DNA of 64,000 nucleotides from Pelomyxa schiedti (taxonomy: Eukaryota > Protista > Evosea), in assembly GCA_020536535.1 (NCBI GenBank), contig JAHLWZ010000807.1, positions 62,001 to 126,000 on the forward strand. Reading direction: 5' to 3'. Both the position numbers and the translations under genes were made by a program. Below, piece after piece: positions 59,670-64,000 of the stretch; position 1 is the stretch's first letter; each line of letters starts with the position of its first letter. A model generated the notes under the pieces. The model searched no databases, was not told the DNA's origin, and was given only the letters and a program-made list of their open reading frames with translations.

Positions 59670-62600
59670 ATGTCATCATCCTCGTCACCCTCTTCCTCGT
59701 CGTCATCGTCCTCACAAGAACACCATCATCACACACGGCATACTGGTAAACACAGAAACCACGAGCACCACAGCCGTCACGATCACAAACACAACGAAAT
59801 AGCACCAGAGAACAACCGGGAGAACTCTTCTTCTAGAAGCAGGCACGAAAAGGACGAAGAGCAGGGGAGTAAAACCACCACAGACATCATGATTGCTGAC
59901 GAACAGAGCGCTAAATCTGCTGACGGGAATGAGACTGAGAACCCATCTCAGTCTTCAGTCTCTGTGGAGGGGACTGAAAAGCTGCCGTGGAGTATGAGAC
60001 TGAAGAAGTTTTTCTATGGGGTTTTCAGAGAGGCCCTGTTGGCAAAGCTTCTGGCTGCCCTGCTTGCCAAATTGGGCAGATTCAATTCCAGGCACCCTTT
60101 TTTGGTGATTGGAATAGGTTCCACTATCGCTATAGGGCTTGCCTTTGGATTATTTGCCGCTGAGGTAGAAAGCAGGCCTGTGGCTCTATGGGTTCCGGCT
60201 CACATCAGGAGCAATGAGGAAAGAAAGTTCTATGATAAAACATTCAGCCCATTTTTCCGCATTGAGCAGATTATTACTACTGCCCCTGCGGAGGGTGATA
60301 ATGCCCTAGAGACGGACACACTACTGGAAATGCTCGAGCTAGAAAACCTCGTTTATAATATAAGTGTAATGCACCAGGGCAGAAGTTACACACTGAATGA
60401 CATATGCTATCGGCCTACTTCTTTTGCCCCATGTGTGGCCCAGACAGTGCTGGACTATTGGTATGATAAGCCAACACAGAAGCACAGTGCTCAGAAAATT
60501 GAAGATGATACCGACCTGTTTTACACCGTGGCCCACGCTGCAAAGACTCCGCTTGGGAACCCAATAATGAGAGACAATGTTGTGTCACCGATTCTTAATG
60601 ATATCAACCCCACATTAAAACCTTGCTTTCTGACAACTTACCTGGTGCGGAACACTGATGAGCTAAGGGGGGCAGCGGAAACCTGGGAGAGGGAGTGGCT
60701 GAAAGTGTTGGAAGCGAAACAACCACTACTGAACCGATCAAGCATCTGGTATGCCGCAGAGGTGCGAATATCCCCACTTTATCATCCAAATATCCCATAG
60801 AAATATAAAGAAATTGATTCCCAAATAACGGAGTAAATCACTGAGTTCATGGAGAAAAGGTTTCAATTCAAGACGAACTGAAAAAAGAGATCTCTGCCGA
60901 TTCATATGTCATTGCATCTAGCTATATAATTATGTTTATTTACGTTGGGATCACGCTTGGCAAATTGAATCCAGTTCACTCCAAATTCATAATTGGATTT
61001 GCAGGAGTCTTTATAATCGTTATAGCAATTGTTTCAGCGTTTGGTTTTTCGTCTCTCATCAGCATACCTTTTTCTCCAATAAGGTTTGAATGAACTTTCA
61101 TCGTAATGTTTGTTTGACCTGTTAATGCAGTGCCCAAGTTGTACCTTTTCTTGTACTAGCTACAGGAATTGATGACATGTTCATAATTGTGAATGGCTAT
61201 CATGAACTGGAGGAAAATGAGCGGGCTGCAGAAGAAGGTACTATTTAGCATAATTAATATTTGAAATTAATTGCCTTTCAAGGGGAGAATGAAAGTGAAG
61301 AGGAAAAAGCCGAAAGGGCGAGAAAAGAAAGGAAACGACTCAAATCAATGTCCTCAAAAGAGTTGTGGGCAGTTGTGGAAGAGAAAATGGGAAGAACTCT
61401 TGCCCATATTGGTCCCAGCCTCACATTATCACAAGGCTCCAATTTTATTGGAATGATGGTTGGCAGGTTTGTAAATATCCAAAACCTTCAATGATAACAA
61501 GGCTAGTGTTACAGGAATGCCCGCCATGAATATGTTTTGCTGGCAAGCTGGCTTTGCCGTCATTATGGTACTATTTCTTGAGTTGACTGTATTCTGTAGT
61601 TTTGTAGCTCTGGACGCTTTCAGAGAGTTGGTTGATACCCTTTATCCTCTATCCTTCATGACAGTATTCAGTCTTACCGTGTGGACCTTTTGTGCTGCAT
61701 CAAACTTGACCCTGAAAAATATGAAAGCAAGAGTGTGGCTTGTGATTGCAAGTGCAAAAAATGGCTGCAAATGGGAATAGTTCGCAAGTTTATCTCGGAC
61801 TACTTGACACCTTTTATCCTTCATAAATATTTCCGCTGGGGAGTTGTAAGTAAACCTCGTTCCTCGTAGTTTTGGCCTTTGAACCTTTTTATCAGATTGG
61901 AGTCTTTTTAGCTTTATTTGGTGTAAGCATCTGGGGTACTACGACAGCTGAAATGGGCCTTGGCGTGAACGACGTCATGCCTAGGGGCTCCTATGTTGTC
62001 CCTTTCAATGACCATCGTGAGGATTACTTTGGACACCTCGGTTGATATTCCGAGTATTGGCATTTTGTGACCGTTTCTAGGTCCCCCTGTGTATCTTGTT
62101 TTTGGAGAGCATGCCTACGAAACAAACGAAATTCAAGATGAAATAACTTCCTTGGAGGATAGTCTTGCTGCCAGTGAATATACGCAAGATAAAATACTTT
62201 CTTGGTTAGATGACTACATGTATGTAATGCTAACTTGTTACCTTGAATAATGTGCATCAAGAGTCTGGTGCGTATCCATGCACGGGAAAAACATGACTAT
62301 TGACCCCATTAACCCCACTAAACGGCGTATACCTCCTGCCGATTTTCTGCCTTGGCTTCATGACTTTCTCAGTGATAATGTGACCACAATGTCGCCCCTT
62401 GGTCTTAATATCCTTCTTTCTCCTTCATATCTTAGTAACAGTTAAAATAGGTCCTTCTCATAAAGAGGATATTACATTCGACCCAGTAACTGGGAATATT
62501 ACTGCCAGTAGGGTTTTTGGTTACTACATTGGTCTAACAAGTTCCCAAAGTAATCTCCAGGTTGTAATTCTCTTTACCAAAATCACTACAGTGTATGTCG

Positions 62601-63482
62601 ATGCGATGAATGAAGTTAGGGATAGAACGGATCCATCTCCTCTTCACCCTGATAAAGTTGGGAAGCCCCTATTTCCGTATTCTGTTTACTATGTATTCTT
62701 TGAGCAGTACAACATTCTGTGGTTTGAACTACTTCAAAATTTCTTGATTACCCTTGGTGTGACTGCTGGTTGATCCCCTTCGCCATTTAGTCATCGTAAT
62801 TACAGTTATCATTTTTGTTGTTTGCCTTCTTCTACTTGGCTCATGGATTGGAACTACCATTGTCATAGTTTTGCTTATTCTCGAACAGGTTGATATTCTA
62901 GGTCTAGGTGAGCTACCAAATCTTTACACCCTGAACCTAACTGTGATATTTTCCAGCCACTTTATGGGGAATAAATATGAATCCCGTAGTTGTGTGCAAT
63001 ATGGTATGCGGAAAGTCAACTCAAATTAATAAAAAGGCTAATCCTAAAAAATCCAGTGCATGGTCACAGGTATATGTGTGGAATTTACCCCACACATTGT
63101 ATGGGCAGCCGGAACCCGAGAACTGAAAGGCAAATCCGCCAAAGAGAAGACCAGATATGCACTCAGGGAAATGGGTCCCAATGTCACACAAGGAGCCTTT
63201 TCCACACTGCTTGGAATCATTGTTCTGAGCTTTGCTAAATACGAACTGTTCCGGTATGAATACTCTACCAATAATTCTTTTCACTGACAATATTTTTACT
63301 TCAGAACACTCTTTTTCCGCTTGTACCTTCTGTCTCTCGGAATTGCTTTTCTTCACGCCGTCGTTTTACTGCCAGTTGTAATGTCTATATTCTTACGGTC
63401 TCCAAAGACCTGGTGCAAAAGTGGTTCTGAAAAAAATGATGCAGTTATGGTAGAACTGGAGACCAAACCCTCTTCACAATGA
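59670..63482 (+). CDS. NPC1: Niemann-Pick C1-like sterol-sensing RND transporter lacking the N-terminal luminal sterol-binding domain
   Basis: 'LGRFNSRHPFLVI..ESRPVALWVP..RKFYDKTFSPFFRIEQII', 'LNDICYRP', SSD 'SYIIMFIYVGITLG..SKFIIGFAG', 'QVVPFLVLATGIDDMFII', 'IGPSLTLS', 'MPAMNMFC', 'GPPVYLV', 'FPYSVYYVFFEQY', 'GICVEFTPHI', 'GIIVLSFAK', 'HAVVLLPVVMS'. Confidence 0.92.
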
Positions 63483-63564
63483 CACAAAAACCAAGAAGTA
63501 ATAGTAACAATAAAAAAAGTTTTGTGTAATACTTTGGATTGAAATGCAAGGAGGTTTTAAAAGG

Positions 63565-64000
63565 TTAAGGGTTACTACTTCCAGTTTTACAGACGAGAGC
63601 AAGAACTTCCGCAACAGTTTCCATTATGCTGCTGTTTTTTATTGCTGTTGGGAATTGTTCAAGGAGTGCAGCCAGAACATCAGAACCCTCTTTGACCAAC
63701 AAAGGGTGTTCACTTCGGGCAAGGAACAGTGCACTGTCAATTGCACCACCTCCCACATTGACAAGGTTGTCAATAAGTTCGGCGTGGACTGTTCCTGGTT
63801 GCATTAGAACGCCCAGAATCTTCACCATAATGCGGCAGGATTCGAACTGAACCCTGATGTCACGTGGCTTTTTGCTTGTTGCGGGGGTGCTGGTTGTGGA
63901 TTCCGCTCTAGGTGAAGATGTAGAGGAAGATGTGGTTGTGGATGTGGATGTAGTTGTGGATGTAGCTGTTGTTGCCTCGTCTTCTGGTTTGTTGTCTTCC
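63565..64000 (-). CDS. 3' end of an uncharacterised protein (Thr/Ser-rich linker followed by ARM/HEAT-like helices); truncated at the window edge
   Basis: Open frame from 64000 to the stop at 63565: '..DIRVQFESCRIMVKILGVL..LIDNLVNVGGGAIDSALFLARSEHPLLVKEGSDVLAALL..'. Confidence 0.55.
   Translation of the reverse strand, partial: EDNKPEDEATTATSTTTSTSTTTSSSTSSPRAESTTSTPATSKKPRDIRVQFESCRIMVKILGVLMQPGTVHAELIDNLVNVGGGAIDSALFLARSEHPLLVKEGSDVLAALLEQFPTAIKNSSIMETVAEVLALVCKTGSSNP

Overview
This is an intron-dense, gene-packed eukaryotic nuclear window. Most introns are about 37-60 nt, and intergenic gaps are often under 300 bp. I found no tRNA, rRNA, CRISPR array or transposase. Gene content (ROCO kinase, WASH1, RNF213-like protein, NPC1, GH20, and an orphan starting 'ARAQLAALVTSSHRRCGASSPA') points to an amoebozoan; my inference is an archamoeba such as Pelomyxa. 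About 19 genes were reconstructed by manual splicing. In order: RNF213/mysterin-like AAA+ E3 (-, truncated at the left edge), SAE2/UBA2 (+), secreted bacterial-type beta-helix protein (-), GPI-type LRR protein (-), ROCO kinase (-), RCC1-Sec7-PH ArfGEF (+), WASH1 (+), orphan ~7TM protein (-), divergent actin (+), intronless orphan (+), membrane-anchored GH20 hexosaminidase (-), Spinster-like MFS (+), DUSP-UBA (+), TKL kinase (-), HAE/PCxxC deaminase fusion (-), bacterial-type GH16 (-), SRSF7-like SR protein (-), glutaredoxin-like/PH-like protein (-), NTD-less NPC1 (+), and a partial helical protein (-). The most notable observations are: (1) a GW/WG-repeat (Argonaute-hook-like) insert inside the RNF213-like protein; (2) an intron-containing, bacterial-type orphan zinc deaminase apparently fused to a long eukaryotic N-terminus; (3) an in-frame TGA at a conserved Trp position in Spinster; (4) a U12-type minor intron splitting the ROCO kinase DFG motif; (5) two obligate GC-AG introns; (6) several probable lateral transfers that have gained introns. 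Exon boundaries are manual and some gene starts are approximate.
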